Shown piece by piece: positions 17,040 through 26,847 of a DNA stretch of 26,847 nt (the first letter of the stretch is position 1; each line of letters begins with the position of its first letter). This DNA is from a virus (Duplodnaviria > Heunggongvirae > Uroviricota > Caudoviricetes). Position numbers and translations under genes: made by a program. A model generated the notes under the pieces. The model ran no database searches and was not told the origin of the DNA. It saw nothing but the letters and a program-made list of their open reading frames with translations. The stretch lies in the IMG/VR virus record IMGVR_UViG_2645727810_000007; one strand, 5' to 3'.

Positions 17040-17519
17040 TTAGCTCCAGGTGCCCATCTGAATCAACTCGCCAGCCTCGCCAGCACTGCCAACAACAAAT
17101 TTTGTTTCAACGTAATCCGAGATTGACGCCCCGGCATCGCCAGCGGTAATAGTTCCATCTGACAGTTTGGCGAAAATCTTCTGCCCTACGGTTGCCGCAC
17201 CGGCCGTTTTCACCCAGTAGTCACCAGCAGTCATCAATGTCATCTGAACTCCAGGCTGAATAGTCATAGATGATTCACCAAGCCATGTGGTGACAGACGC
17301 CTGCCCTTCCCGATGAACGAAACCGGCAGGAGCACCGGTTCCAGTGTTATTGACAACACCATTGCTTACCCATGCAAAGCGACCAACAACAACCCCATTT
17401 GCACCGGCAACAAGAGCTCCCTCACCTGCAAGAAGACTTGCTTTAGGGTTAGCCGAAGCGAAATCCCCTTCAACTCCTGGCGCCTGTTGCTGATTAATTA
17501 CACTTTGAAAGCCACTCAT
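17040..17519 (-). CDS. Head structural / decoration-like protein
   Basis: 159-aa Gly/Ala-rich ORF between the scaffold and major capsid genes. GGAG Shine-Dalgarno 8 nt before the ATG. Confidence 0.4.
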   Translation of the reverse strand: MSGFQSVINQQQAPGVEGDFASANPKASLLAGEGALVAGANGVVVGRFAWVSNGVVNNTGTGAPAGFVHREGQASVTTWLGESSMTIQPGVQMTLMTAGDYWVKTAGAATVGQKIFAKLSDGTITAGDAGASISDYVETKFVVGSAGEAGELIQMGTWS

Positions 17520-17522
17520 TTC

Positions 17523-18749
17523 TTAGCTCCGTTTCAGTTTAGTTGCGCCAGGAAATGCCTTGGCGAAAGAATTGGTTGCGGCAGCATCCATACCCATACC
17601 ATGAGATGGTTTGCGAACTACCTCTTTCTGGCTGATAGCAAATTCAACCATCGATTTAAGTGCTGAAGGATGAACGCCTTTATGTTCAGCACCAATTGAA
17701 TCAAGAGCAAAGCGATAAATAGACTCTGCGGAATCCATAGCTACCAGACTCACATCACCAACCAAAGCACGAACGCATTCTCGAGCCTCATTGGCTTGAC
17801 GGATACGCCCCATCACATTCTCTTCAGCTTTTCGAATTAATGCGGCATCCATAGCTGTTTTATTCTCATCATCGTCTTCATCCTCGGCAGTCTTTTTATC
17901 CTTGCCGTCATCATCTTCGTCTTCCGCTTCTTTGCGGTCACGATCGCGATCCTTTCGCTCACGTTCTTCACGCTCTTTTAGTTCATCCTCTTCACGTTTC
18001 AGATGCTCTGCTTCTGACTCATTATCTCTCTCAGCCTGAGTGGCTTCGTCTTCAACAACCTTTTGCACTTTCTTTTCCACTTCTTCTGGCTTCTCATCAC
18101 TGGCCAGCATCGGCGTGATAACTGCCATCAACTTTTTAGTAAGTTCTGACATTGATTTCATTCCTGTTGGTATTGAATCCCCGACAACAACGTCGGATCC
18201 GGCTCTTCCCTCTGTTACGAGAGCAACGTGGTTCCCGACGATATCGCGCATTACACCATCGTATGGCTGGCCTTCATGCACGCCGGGGGTCATGTCAGCT
18301 ACATATCTGTAGGCCGACGAAAGTTCTTTCTTCTCGTCTGTCTCGATTCCAGCGATAGAATCTGCGTCCCAGACGACAAGCGAGTTCTTGAGATAAGTCC
18401 CGTCAAACTCAGCATCAGTACCAGTAGAACCAACCACAGCCATCTTCTGAGGGTCTGAAGCAGTAACCGGAATGTGTTCGTTAAGGAGCGGGATGTTGTT
18501 GAATGTAGATGCTGCTTTGGCTAACTCTTTCGGGTCGCGAAGCAGGTAGTAAACTTTGTCAGGCTGTAAACCTAGCGATCTGTAATTAGGGATTTCGCGT
18601 CCATAATAAGGGCAAACGTTAGCCTTACTGATTGGCGTCACTTCGATATGCAAACGCCCATCCTTATCAAAGGAGCGCACCGTTGCCTTGTCGAATGCCA
18701 ATCCGTGATATCCCCATTGCCAGTCGCCTTTAACTTTGCGTAATGGCAT
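17523..18749 (-). CDS. Prohead scaffold/protease-like protein
   Basis: 408-aa ORF with an AAAGG Shine-Dalgarno. Contains a long highly charged low-complexity tract ([45 protein letters not shown]) typical of scaffold proteins. Lies between the head morphogenesis and capsid genes. Confidence 0.45.
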   Translation of the reverse strand: MPLRKVKGDWQWGYHGLAFDKATVRSFDKDGRLHIEVTPISKANVCPYYGREIPNYRSLGLQPDKVYYLLRDPKELAKAASTFNNIPLLNEHIPVTASDPQKMAVVGSTGTDAEFDGTYLKNSLVVWDADSIAGIETDEKKELSSAYRYVADMTPGVHEGQPYDGVMRDIVGNHVALVTEGRAGSDVVVGDSIPTGMKSMSELTKKLMAVITPMLASDEKPEEVEKKVQKVVEDEATQAERDNESEAEHLKREEDELKEREERERKDRDRDRKEAEDEDDDGKDKKTAEDEDDDENKTAMDAALIRKAEENVMGRIRQANEARECVRALVGDVSLVAMDSAESIYRFALDSIGAEHKGVHPSALKSMVEFAISQKEVVRKPSHGMGMDAAATNSFAKAFPGATKLKRS

Positions 18750-18772
18750 GCTTTTACCTTTCGGCAGGCAAT

Positions 18773-18792
18773 AAAAAAGCCGCAGTAGCGGC
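18773..18792 (-). terminator. Intrinsic terminator-like hairpin inside the head gene cluster
   Basis: Hairpin gccgc-agta-gcggc (18779-18792) followed on the minus strand by TTTTTTAT (plus a-run 18773-18778). Lies between the head morphogenesis and scaffold genes. Confidence 0.45.
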
Positions 18793-18883
18793 CATTATTT
18801 CCTCTTGGGCATAGCTATTTTCAGTAGTGCAATCATTAAGCAACCAAAAATCAACACTAAGCCCAGAGACCATAAAACCTCAA

Positions 18884-19702
18884 TCATTTTCTATCTATCC
18901 TAGGGATAACAGGAGACCACGTACAACGGCAGTTGATAGCCTCTCCCGGCAGCACCCATTCACCATCGAGATACAGCCCTTTATCGAGGTCGAACTCTTT
19001 ACCGTCAGCTTTCACATGGGATGGCCTTGGCTGCTTCCCGGCGTGTGAGTGACGCCAGATTCCTTTGGTGATGCCTAACTTCTTCTGCCGTTCAGACTGA
19101 ATTACCGCTGTAGCTTTGTTGTTCTGGTCGCGTGCAATCGTCTCAGCGCGTCTGCATGTAATGCCATATCGCTTAACCAGTTCATCAGTGAGATAGCCAA
19201 GGTCGCGACCACGGCTGACAGACTGCATGACTATCGTCTCAACCTGTGTGTGATAATGTTCAGGTATGGATTTAATCAGGTTGGCGTTCTCGTTAACGAC
19301 AGCCTGCATCACGTTCTTAAGCTCGTCATTCATTGTGAACTTAACGGTAAATCCGCCAGCCTTTAACGCTGAGTGTAACGAAACGTCGGTGTTGCGCAGT
19401 GTCTTATCAACGAAGCGATCAGCCAGTTTCTCAGCCAGTTCATTGAATTTATGCTCCCACTGCTTGCCCAGTCTGGACAACCTGCGCTTTAACTCATTCG
19501 CAGGACTGGAATCCATCGCCATGTTGTTTTTGTATGCACCCTCAAGCCAGTATCGGTATGACTTGTCCATCTCCCTAACCAGCTTGAGAAGCTCAGAGCG
19601 ATACCACTCATGAACTCCGGCGTTAGCTCTGACTGGACGAAGGGTTTTCCGGGTCTTCGAATCCTTCTTCGATGGACTCGTTTTCGTACTCTTCTTCGTC
19701 AT
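18884..19702 (-). CDS. Head morphogenesis protein, Mu F / SPP1 gp7 family
   Basis: 272-aa ORF. C-terminal signature ...[39 protein letters not shown] matches the conserved Mu F-like NCRC motif (from memory). Overlaps the portal 3' end by 80 nt. Confidence 0.65.
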   Translation of the reverse strand: MTKKSTKTSPSKKDSKTRKTLRPVRANAGVHEWYRSELLKLVREMDKSYRYWLEGAYKNNMAMDSSPANELKRRLSRLGKQWEHKFNELAEKLADRFVDKTLRNTDVSLHSALKAGGFTVKFTMNDELKNVMQAVVNENANLIKSIPEHYHTQVETIVMQSVSRGRDLGYLTDELVKRYGITCRRAETIARDQNNKATAVIQSERQKKLGITKGIWRHSHAGKQPRPSHVKADGKEFDLDKGLYLDGEWVLPGEAINCRCTWSPVIPRIDRK

Positions 19703-21158
19703 ATTCTGATTCCATCATGTGGTATGGGCTGGCCTTATCCGACTGGCGCATGCTTCTTATTGCATCAAGGTCGAACACGCCAGCTTCGGCATAGTTCTTA
19801 TCAGCCTCAGACTGATGTTTCATGATCTCGGCTTTCTCTGCTTCTGTAAGTTCGTACAGCGGCAGGAATTCAAAATCAATGTCAGGGTCAATCTCGCCAA
19901 ATTCATTCAACTGGATAACATCCAGCACTGTTTTCAGCGGCACCCTGAACAGATTCTCCTGCATGGCGTGTATTGAGTCATAGAAGACGCGGATTTCGCC
20001 ATCAGATGAAGCGTTTAGCCCGTTAGGAGTGATGCCAAGGAGCTTAACCAGAGGAATGCTTGATACCGATGCCATTTGTTCCTGCGCTTGCGCCTGAAGA
20101 GCATCAACTCCGGACAGACTTGTCACAAACTGGAAGAATTCTTCTCCATCCTTATCAATAAGGAACATTCCGCGATTGTCGCGAACCTTATTAAAGAGCT
20201 CGGCACGCATAAACAGGTTTGGGTCTGCAATTCCAGATAAGGCATTCTGCATGTTCGTCTTCAGCCCGTAGACCACAAACGAATGAACCAGATCACTAAC
20301 GCTGTCACGTGTTCTCAGCCAGTTTTGCACATATGGCTCTGCCATCTGACTCAGCGACAAGCCGCCGAAGTTGTACGCCGCTTTGAGAATGTCTGGCACC
20401 TGGCGAGAAATCATTGTCAACATGCGACTGGCGTGAACCGTGCGCCCCATAACATACCATTCAGATGGATTGAAGAAGTCAGGGCTTAGAGGGTTATCAG
20501 CGTTATACACACCAGGGTATGTCCACATGGCCTCGATAACGCGGAAACCATTCAGGCTTCCTTTGGTAATCTTGCGCGGGCTGATATAGAGCTTCTTATC
20601 CAGTTCGTCGGGAACCAGCCAGGCTGAGTTACCGCTTGGCGTCTTCACGTCGATATAAATCTGTCCGCGCCCGAAGTAACCATCATGTTCCGCCGCCTCG
20701 CGAAACTTCTCTCGCACTCTGAAACGCTTTAATGCGTCGTCAAGCTGACGAATCTTATCGGCCTTGTCGTCACCATCGTCTTTACCTACATGCTTCAGCT
20801 CAATCCATTTTCGCGTCATCTCTTCTGCTATCGTGCCAGTAATCTTGCGATACTCCGGCAACTGAGCAAGTTGAGACAGATATGGGTAGCCAGGAAATCC
20901 ACCGTAGCCATATGCGGTGATGTTTGCTGAGTTAAGGTAACTGTACGGTGTGGAGTCCATCGCCAGAGCTGACTCCCCAATATGTTCAGGAATAACGCCA
21001 GGCGGGGGTACGTATCGCTCAATTCTACGCAGTGCCTCGCCTTCATTTTTAATTCGCTCCTGTTCGTTAATAATCGCAAGAACATTCGCCAGAGACATTG
21101 GCTGTTTCGCCTCTTCTTTCTGAGGCTCAGATTTTTTCTTTCTCAAAAAATTAAACAC
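19623..21158 (-). CDS. Portal protein
   Basis: 511-aa ORF immediately after the large terminase gene. Start is GTG at 21158 overlapping the TerL TAG; an alternative ATG is at 21098. Acidic C-terminus. Assigned by conserved order and size. Confidence 0.65.
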   Translation of the reverse strand: MFNFLRKKKSEPQKEEAKQPMSLANVLAIINEQERIKNEGEALRRIERYVPPPGVIPEHIGESALAMDSTPYSYLNSANITAYGYGGFPGYPYLSQLAQLPEYRKITGTIAEEMTRKWIELKHVGKDDGDDKADKIRQLDDALKRFRVREKFREAAEHDGYFGRGQIYIDVKTPSGNSAWLVPDELDKKLYISPRKITKGSLNGFRVIEAMWTYPGVYNADNPLSPDFFNPSEWYVMGRTVHASRMLTMISRQVPDILKAAYNFGGLSLSQMAEPYVQNWLRTRDSVSDLVHSFVVYGLKTNMQNALSGIADPNLFMRAELFNKVRDNRGMFLIDKDGEEFFQFVTSLSGVDALQAQAQEQMASVSSIPLVKLLGITPNGLNASSDGEIRVFYDSIHAMQENLFRVPLKTVLDVIQLNEFGEIDPDIDFEFLPLYELTEAEKAEIMKHQSEADKNYAEAGVFDLDAIRSMRQSDKASPYHMMESEYDEEEYENESIEEGFEDPENPSSSQS

Positions 21159-22678
21159 TATGCGAGCCTCAAAAGGTCTTCAGATATACGTAACGGACCA
21201 TTGCCATTTTTCATCTCATCGATGGCATCCATCATCGGATCAAGCTGGTCGTCGTGCGTATTGAAATCAGGATTAATAGCTTCCATCTCAACGAGGAAGT
21301 CGTTGATGAATGGTGCGTTGCTGGGGAGCTTGATGTAACCGGACTCGATATAACCCTGTACGTCCATCAGTCGCGTGTACTTATCCTTATCGCGCTGAAT
21401 TGCTTTGATGGGGCATATCGCTTTTTTACGGATGTTCTGTATCAGGCCTGTGCCGGATGACTTGTCCTCTATCGCCATGTGGCGAAGTGGCCCATTCTTT
21501 AGAGTTTTGCACTTTTCCCAGAATGCAACAGCACGGCGCTGTAATTCATCGGCCTCCCATTTGCCGCGAATCATGTCTATCAGGTAGATATACCCGTCAG
21601 TGCCAAGTCCCCAGTGCTCGAATACTGAGAAGTCGTTGACCTCTTTTGTTTTCTGTGCGGTGTCTCCATAGACGGCACGCCATTGCATGGGAGGGAGTAC
21701 CGAATATTCACCAAACCATTCAGACTTAATAAGCCCCCCGCCTTTGGCGGTTGGTCGTTGCTGATAAAGGGCATTCCATACAAGAGAACCGCGCTGTTTG
21801 CACTTCTCTACGAACTCTCTCGGCATGCGCTCAGGAAACAGAATTTCACCGGGATTGCGCAGTCGATACACATTACCGTTGAGTTCATGAATCTCTTCCT
21901 TTTCAGCCTCCATTGGGAAGCTAACTACGCGCCAGCGTTCCCCGCCCTCTTCAGCTAGTTTTAATAACTGTCCGGCGAGATCGTTTTGATGCCAGCGTGT
22001 CAGGATGATGACGATGCCGTTTATCTTCGGGTCAACACGAGTGAAGAATGTCGTGTCATACCAGTCCATCACCGCTTCCTGGTAAGTTGGAGACGATGCA
22101 GTTTTGTAATCTTTCGCGGGGTCATCAATAACCCCAATGTTCATACCCTGACCAGTGATGCCACCGTTAACACCAGCAGAACGATATGAGCCGCCGTGTA
22201 GTTCGCCTTTGGCATCAACTGGTTCCCATAGCTCGGTTTTGTTGATGCCTCCCGCCAAACTGCGTCCTGAAGGTATTTTCACGTCAGGGAAAACATCAGC
22301 GTACTTGTCAGAGGTGATAATGCGTTTAACGTCACGGCTCATTCGGTCTGACAGGTCAGAAGAATATGAGCACGAGATAATGTTCCATGATGGATGCTGT
22401 CCTAACACATACGCCGGGAAGCGGCGAGAGCACAACTCACTCTTTCCTGAGCGCGGAGGGGCAAACACCATTAGCCTGGGCATGTTTCCGGCTTTAACTT
22501 CATCCAGAAAGTAATCCAGCTCCGCGCAAAGAAGCTCGTTAAACCATCCTGTTTCATATTGCGGATTAGTATACAAAGTGAAATCGAGAAGGCTTTTTCT
22601 TGCTGATCGGATAGCCAACTCTTTGTGCAACTCATAAATCTGAGCGTTTCGATTCAAGCTGATTGGAGCGCCTGCCAT
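21158..22678 (-). CDS. Terminase large subunit
   Basis: ATG at 22678 with an AAGGAG Shine-Dalgarno (the ORF-track start at 22684 is TTG). Walker A-like [10 protein letters not shown] near the N-terminus. Follows the small subunit gene. Confidence 0.85.
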   Translation of the reverse strand: MAGAPISLNRNAQIYELHKELAIRSARKSLLDFTLYTNPQYETGWFNELLCAELDYFLDEVKAGNMPRLMVFAPPRSGKSELCSRRFPAYVLGQHPSWNIISCSYSSDLSDRMSRDVKRIITSDKYADVFPDVKIPSGRSLAGGINKTELWEPVDAKGELHGGSYRSAGVNGGITGQGMNIGVIDDPAKDYKTASSPTYQEAVMDWYDTTFFTRVDPKINGIVIILTRWHQNDLAGQLLKLAEEGGERWRVVSFPMEAEKEEIHELNGNVYRLRNPGEILFPERMPREFVEKCKQRGSLVWNALYQQRPTAKGGGLIKSEWFGEYSVLPPMQWRAVYGDTAQKTKEVNDFSVFEHWGLGTDGYIYLIDMIRGKWEADELQRRAVAFWEKCKTLKNGPLRHMAIEDKSSGTGLIQNIRKKAICPIKAIQRDKDKYTRLMDVQGYIESGYIKLPSNAPFINDFLVEMEAINPDFNTHDDQLDPMMDAIDEMKNGNGPLRISEDLLRLA

Positions 22679-23222
22679 TACCAAGCTCCTTCAGTTTCTC
22701 TTCAAGTAACTCTTCTGACATATCGGCATAACGAACAGGCCCGCCATCAGCGCCAGTAATTTCTGTAGATGTTTGCTCTTTAAACGCCTGAACAGAAACA
22801 TGCTTACCAAGAAGTTCGAGGTTTTTGACTTTATCAGGCCATTTAATTTTCTTCAGAAGTGCGGCGCTATCTGCGGATACCATCTCAACAACATCCATTC
22901 CTGATAGCGTTGTGCGCCATACCTTAGGCCAGTCTTTAATGGGTTTTAGCTCACCGTTTTGCAGGAGAATGTCGAGCACATCCATCTGGTCGATTTCAAC
23001 CAATCTACGAAGAACATAGGCGGCATCTATACCCGTCTGCTCAACGCGGGCAGATTTAAGTTCAGCAACGAATTTTTGAACATTAACATTTGCTAATAAT
23101 CGAGATGCCTGCTCATTGGCGGTCTTCTCGCTGTAGCCCGCCCTGATAGCTGCCTGTGTGCCGTTCAGATCTTTCAGGTACTCACGGGCAAACAGCTCTT
23201 GTTTGTCGGTGAGCTTTGCCAT
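22632..23222 (-). CDS. Terminase small subunit
   Basis: 196-aa ORF. N-terminal MAKLTDKQELFAREYL...GTQAAIRAGYSEKTANEQASRLL is typical of the Terminase_2-type small subunit. Its 3' end overlaps TerL by 47 nt. Confidence 0.75.
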   Translation of the reverse strand: MAKLTDKQELFAREYLKDLNGTQAAIRAGYSEKTANEQASRLLANVNVQKFVAELKSARVEQTGIDAAYVLRRLVEIDQMDVLDILLQNGELKPIKDWPKVWRTTLSGMDVVEMVSADSAALLKKIKWPDKVKNLELLGKHVSVQAFKEQTSTEITGADGGPVRYADMSEELLEEKLKELGNGRRSNQLESKRSDL

Positions 23223-23451
23223 TATTTGTGCTCCGTTTATCCGTTAAAAGGGATATCAGTTAAGTTATCCCGTGTAGGGTATAAGGCATTGTCGAGACCA
23301 CTCATTGAATGGCCTCTGCAATAACCGATGTCTTTCCATCAGTCCGCCACCACAAAGAATCTTTTTTGCCATAAGGCTGGAGGTTTATCTTTCAGTGGCT
23401 GCCAGTGTTATTTCCCCACTTACTGGCTTGGGTTGTTTCGCTGTACTGCTG

Positions 23452-23994
23452 TTAATTAGTGAGTCCGGGGATTACGGTTTGCCCGTGCTGTTCAAGGCGT
23501 TCAATTCTCGCCATTAGCTGAGGCTTCTTAATTTTTCCCCAGCGATTAAGCAGGCGACCTGACATGCTGGCAACATCCTTCTCTTTCATGTACTCCAGCA
23601 TTACGGCATTTCTCTCTTCTTCAAATTGACGATGACCAACCTGAAGCATGGCGTACATCCAGTTAAATGCGTTGATGTAAGCAATTTTGATACGCATTGC
23701 TTCTTTTTTGGTGTAGGACATAACCAAAAGCATCAACCCATCCTTGCGGAGACGGTAGAATTTTTGCGGCTTACCATTCTGTAACTCATTGTTTTTATAG
23801 CAAAGCTCAAAGTTGAGCTTTGTATCAAACTCAGGAGGGCAAGCTTCTATGGTTCGCTCAATGTCGCGAACTACGTTCTTCGGCAGCTTTCCAAATGCTT
23901 TTGCCACCATAAAAGAATCTGTAACCGGATCGTTGTTTGCCACAAAAATCAGATCTCGGAAATCGATGCCGTTAACGATAGTTGGATAATTCAT
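23452..23994 (-). CDS. Rha-family phage regulatory protein
   Basis: 180-aa ORF with an AAGGTGA Shine-Dalgarno. N-terminal VTDSFMVAKAFGKLPKNVVRDIERT...GKPQKFYRLRKDGLMLLVMSY resembles the Rha family (from memory). Confidence 0.55.
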   Translation of the reverse strand: MNYPTIVNGIDFRDLIFVANNDPVTDSFMVAKAFGKLPKNVVRDIERTIEACPPEFDTKLNFELCYKNNELQNGKPQKFYRLRKDGLMLLVMSYTKKEAMRIKIAYINAFNWMYAMLQVGHRQFEEERNAVMLEYMKEKDVASMSGRLLNRWGKIKKPQLMARIERLEQHGQTVIPGLTN

Positions 23995-24141
23995 CAGTGC
24001 TCACCTTTTAGTGATGAACCTTGTCACACAGGATTCCGGCCCACAGAAAGGCACCGATCACCAAACCGGCATCCTCAAGGGTCATCCTGAAAGGTTCTGT
24101 GTTCATAAGTCGCGCGTGTGAAGCGCGTTTACTGCGGACAT

Positions 24142-24164
24142 AAAAAAGCCCCGCATCGCGGGGC
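24142..24164 (-). terminator. Intrinsic terminator downstream of the lysis cassette
   Basis: GC-rich hairpin gccccgc-atc-gcggggc (24148-24164) followed on the minus strand by TTTTTTA (plus a-run 24142-24147), about 30 bp after the Rz stop. Confidence 0.6.
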
Positions 24165-24196
24165 TCATTAAATGGACTTTGTGATTTGCAAAAAAA

Positions 24197-24634
24197 TTAT
24201 TTCAGGCATTGCGTCCTGATGTACTCCTGCAAGTAGTTAACCTGCGCGGTTATCTTGTCGATTCCACTTCGGAGACGGTAATAATTGAGTTCAGCATCTG
24301 CTGTAAGTCTTGGGCTTTCTCCATCGCCCATGCTGCTGGATCCGGTAGTTGACTTTGCACAGGTGGCGGCGACTTGCAGGCGCTTACGACCAGCAGAAAC
24401 ATCAGCACGGAGACTTTCGATAGTCGCGTTAGCATCAGCAAGCTCCTTTGTGTATCTGGCGTCGAGTTCTGCTACATCACGTTGCCGCTTCTGCATATCA
24501 GCGATGATGGATGTGGCTTTATCGCGCTGCTCTTTGTAGGCGATGGCGTTATCACGGTAATGATTAACAGCCCATGACAGGCAGACGATGACGCAGATAA
24601 CCAGAGCGGAGATAATCGCGGTTACTCTGCTCAT
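24197..24634 (-). CDS. Rz: Spanin inner-membrane subunit Rz
   Basis: 145 aa, closely similar to lambda Rz ([14 protein letters not shown]...[10 protein letters not shown]...). ATGA-coupled to R. Confidence 0.9.
   Translation of the reverse strand: MSRVTAIISALVICVIVCLSWAVNHYRDNAIAYKEQRDKATSIIADMQKRQRDVAELDARYTKELADANATIESLRADVSAGRKRLQVAATCAKSTTGSSSMGDGESPRLTADAELNYYRLRSGIDKITAQVNYLQEYIRTQCLK
24250..24435 (-). CDS. Rz1: Spanin outer-membrane lipoprotein Rz1, embedded in Rz in another frame
   Basis: ATG at 24435 (the ORF-track start at 24441 is TTG). Signal peptide plus lipobox VVSAC, then a proline-rich stretch KSPPPVQ, as in lambda Rz1. Confidence 0.8.
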   Translation of the reverse strand: MLTRLSKVSVLMFLLVVSACKSPPPVQSQLPDPAAWAMEKAQDLQQMLNSIITVSEVESTR

Positions 24635-25107
24635 ACCTCAATCTCTCTGACCGTTCCGCCAGCCTCTTTGAATTTTGCAATCAGGCTGTCAGCCTTATGC
24701 TCGAACTGACCATAACCAGCCCCCGGCAGTGAAGCCCAGATATTGCTGCAACGGTCGATTGCCTGACGGATATCACCGCGATCAATCATCGGCAAAGCGC
24801 CACGCTCTTTAATCTGTTGCAATGCCACAGCGTCCTGGCTTTTCGGAGAGAAGTCTTTCAGGCCAAGCTGCTTACGGTATGCATCCCACCAACGTGAAAG
24901 AAGCTGGTAACGTCCGGCTGCTGTTGATTTGAGTTTGGGGTTTAGCGTGACAAGTTTGCGAGGGTGATCAGAGTAATCAGTGAATAGCTCTCCGCCTACA
25001 ATGACGTCATAACCATGATTTCTGGTTTTCTGTCGTCCGTTATCAGTCCCCTCTGACCACGCCAGCATATCGAGGAACGCCTTACGTTGATTATTGATTT
25101 CCACCAT
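24631..25107 (-). CDS. R: Endolysin (lambda R-type lytic transglycosylase)
   Basis: 158 aa, near-identical to lambda R as recalled ([50 protein letters not shown]...). Confidence 0.95.
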   Translation of the reverse strand: MVEINNQRKAFLDMLAWSEGTDNGRQKTRNHGYDVIVGGELFTDYSDHPRKLVTLNPKLKSTAAGRYQLLSRWWDAYRKQLGLKDFSPKSQDAVALQQIKERGALPMIDRGDIRQAIDRCSNIWASLPGAGYGQFEHKADSLIAKFKEAGGTVREIEV

Positions 25108-25414
25108 CTTCTACTCCGGCTTTTTTAGCAGCGACGCGTTTGATAAGCGAACCAATCGAGTCAGTGCCGATGTAGCCGATGAACACGCTCGTTATATAAG
25201 CGAGATTGCTACTTAGTCCGGCGAAGTCGAGAAGGTCACGAATGAACCAGGCGATAATGGCGCACATCGTTGCGTCGATTACTGTTTTTGTAAACGCACC
25301 GCCATTATATCTGCCGCGAAGGTACGCCATTGCAAACGCAAGGATTGCCCCGATGCCTTGTTCCTTTGCTGCGAGAATAGCGGCTAACAGGTCATGTTTT
25401 TCTGGCATCTTCAT
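25091..25414 (-). CDS. S: Holin/antiholin (lambda S, S107/S105 dual start)
   Basis: 107 aa, near-identical to lambda S ([34 protein letters not shown]...). Met1 at 25414 and Met3 at 25408, preceded by the ccccttattggggg stem-loop at about 25422-25435. Confidence 0.95.
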   Translation of the reverse strand: MKMPEKHDLLAAILAAKEQGIGAILAFAMAYLRGRYNGGAFTKTVIDATMCAIIAWFIRDLLDFAGLSSNLAYITSVFIGYIGTDSIGSLIKRVAAKKAGVEDGGNQ

Positions 25415-25659
25415 GTCTTACCCCCAATAAGGGGATTTGCTCTATTTAATTAGGAATAAGGTCGATTACTGATAGAACAAATCCAGGCTACTGTGTTTAG
25501 TAATCAGATTTGTTCGTGACCGATATGCACGGGCAAAACGGCAGGAGGTTGTTAGCGCGACCTCCTTCCACCCGCTTTCACGAAGGTCATGTGTAGAAGG
25601 CCGCAGCATAACTATCACTGATGAATTCATGATAGCCAGTGGCTACGGCTCAGTTTGGG

Positions 25660-25710
25660 TTGTGGCGGCCGGAATCGAACCGGCTTCCATCGGTGCGCTG
25701 CCGATTGCAG
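25660..25710 (-). other. tRNA-like fragment (T-arm plus anticodon-arm-like hairpin, no acceptor stem)
   Basis: Minus-sense GCCGG-TTCGATT-CCGGC (plus 25668-25684) is a canonical tRNA T-arm. Preceding it is a 5-bp stem / 7-nt loop ATCGG-CAGCGCA-CCGAT (plus 25689-25705). I could not pair any 7-bp acceptor stem. Confidence 0.3.
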
Positions 25711-25860
25711 TACGCGCGGCGGTCAGCTACATGACTAGTATTTTCACTGTCGCCTATCTGCTAGCTCGCCATTGAGCTTCACCACAACGATGAGAGCACT
25801 GCGCGGCACCTTTCACCAATTCCGCGAGGTCTGCGGGTTCAATGCTCTTACCTGTTGTGC

Positions 25861-25946
25861 AAACAAAAAAAGCCACCGTTGCAACTTAAGAGTCACATAA
25901 CGGCAGCTTATGTGAATAGTGTTGCTCATTTGCTCAATGATGTCAA
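25861..25946 (-). promoter_or_regulatory. Late promoter (PR'-like) and tR'-like terminator immediately downstream of Q
   Basis: Minus strand: TTGACA (25946..25941) 7 nt after the Q stop. About 35-75 nt further on, hairpins (cacataa/ttatgtg 25894-25914; GCUGCCGUU/AACGGUGGC 25872-25907) followed by UUUUUUUGUUU (plus a-run 25861-25871). The -10 element is not clear. Confidence 0.4.
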
Positions 25947-25952
25947 CACGTT

Positions 25953-26441
25953 CTATGCTACATGTTTAATTTTCTCTACACATTTCCGATTTTTAAACGC
26001 ACTATCCAGAACCGGGTGAATCATAAACAACGAGGCATTAAGGATTTCGTCAACTTCCCGTCGACAGGTTGCGAGCGATGGTTTTTGAATGCGCCCGCCG
26101 CCACGGCATAACATCTTGCGAGGTCTTGCGACGCGATGATAGTAAGATGCAATGGCGTGCTTGGAAGAGCCATGAGCGTAGTAGCTGAGGAGGATTCCAA
26201 AGGCTTTCTTGTCAATGTACATGACGGAATCGACGACCTGAGAAATCAACATTCCATCATCATCATTGCACATTGGCCTTGTCATAACTCTTCCCGGCTC
26301 TACGCTCTCCATGAACTTAGCTATTACGCTGCTCATGCGCTTTTCCAGACGACCTGAATAAACCCATGCTCCCCACAGTTCAAGCCATCCATTCAGCCAA
26401 TCGTGCTGCTCTTTGGTGAGGTTTAGTTCTCTTATGCTCAT
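25953..26441 (-). CDS. Q: Late-gene antiterminator Q (non-lambda Q type, 162 aa)
   Basis: Position between ninH/rusA and the lysis cassette. 162 aa with four Cys, followed directly by a promoter-plus-terminator unit. ATGA-coupled to ninH. Family assignment is from memory and synteny. Confidence 0.65.
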   Translation of the reverse strand: MSIRELNLTKEQHDWLNGWLELWGAWVYSGRLEKRMSSVIAKFMESVEPGRVMTRPMCNDDDGMLISQVVDSVMYIDKKAFGILLSYYAHGSSKHAIASYYHRVARPRKMLCRGGGRIQKPSLATCRREVDEILNASLFMIHPVLDSAFKNRKCVEKIKHVA

Positions 26442-26626
26442 CGTCTTCCCCTCTTGCCCTGTTTGACCATCAGGACGCCGTTAACTATTGCGTGACGCTC
26501 GCCTTTGCTGTCTCGGTTGTACTTGAGCACTGTTCCTCTTGCGCAGGAAAGCATCCTCGCCACTTCGGTCTGATTGCCTCGTGTCTGGATAAGAAGCTCT
26601 GGTATCGTTTGAATTGTGGCGTTCAT
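26438..26626 (-). CDS. ninH: NinH-like protein
   Basis: 62 aa. MNATIQTIPELLIQTRGNQTEVARMLSCARGTVLKYNRDSKGERHAIVNGVLMV resembles lambda NinH (...YGNQTEVARRLKCSRGTVRKY...HAIVNDVLMV) as recalled. Confidence 0.7.
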   Translation of the reverse strand: MNATIQTIPELLIQTRGNQTEVARMLSCARGTVLKYNRDSKGERHAIVNGVLMVKQGKRGRR

Positions 26627-26847
26627 ACGTTCTCCAGTTCGGTGATTTTTATTCCAAGCCGTCCGCCTGGTACTTTCACACCACGAATTACGCGAATGTC
26701 ATCGAATTGCTCGTCGTCTTCCGCAAATCCGGCGTGGATAAGGGAGTCGAGTAAACCTTTCAGGATGTTGTCGAGGTCGCGGCGGCGGGAGTCTGGAACG
26801 TCTGCGATGACTTTGATGCGGAGTCGTGATTTGGTGAAAATGTCTAA
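26623..26847 (-). CDS. rusA: Holliday junction resolvase RusA, C-terminal 74 codons; 5' end beyond window
   Basis: My translation of the minus strand gives ...RRRDLDNILKGLLDSLIHAGFAEDDEQFDDIRVIRGVKVPGGRLGIKITELENV*, matching the RusA DxDN catalytic region. The TGA overlaps the ninH ATG. Confidence 0.85.
   Translation of the reverse strand, partial: LDIFTKSRLRIKVIADVPDSRRRDLDNILKGLLDSLIHAGFAEDDEQFDDIRVIRGVKVPGGRLGIKITELENV

Noticed and set aside
25640-25760. A complete tRNA gene downstream of Q
   Set aside because: Only a T-arm and one further hairpin are present. No acceptor stem or D-arm could be paired and no CCA end is in the right place. Reported as a tRNA-like fragment, not a tRNA feature.
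1-26847. Integrase, attachment site or prophage boundary
   Set aside because: No integrase or recombinase-like ORF and no flanking host genes are visible. The window appears to lie wholly inside the phage genome, so prophage ends cannot be called.

Overview
The whole window is phage/prophage late-region DNA, with nearly every gene on the minus strand (transcribed right to left). All calls are from reading the sequence and the ORF track by eye; no database search was run. Right end: lambdoid nin/late-control genes (rusA C-terminal part, ninH-like, a 162-aa Q-type antiterminator), then a lambda-type lysis cassette (S holin with dual MKM start, R endolysin, Rz with embedded Rz1). Leftward follow a Rha-like gene, terminase small and large subunits, portal, a Mu F/SPP1 gp7-like head morphogenesis protein, scaffold, major capsid and head-tail genes, then a contractile-tail module (sheath, tube, chaperone pair with a -1 slippery site, tape measure with a lytic-transglycosylase domain, baseplate genes, tail-fibre N-terminus running off the window start). 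The most interesting part is a ~3.8 kb accessory island (about 5560-9407) inserted between the tape-measure gene and the baseplate genes. It contains a P22 immI-like switch (divergent Mnt-like and Arc-like ribbon-helix-helix repressors, a perfect 16-bp palindromic operator, two antirepressor-type genes each apparently paired with a sar-like antisense RNA), a stand-alone gene with its own promoter flanked by four copies of an ATGCTTGCAT motif, and an AT-rich plus-strand gene for a signal-peptide protein. No integrase, att site, CRISPR array or complete tRNA was found.
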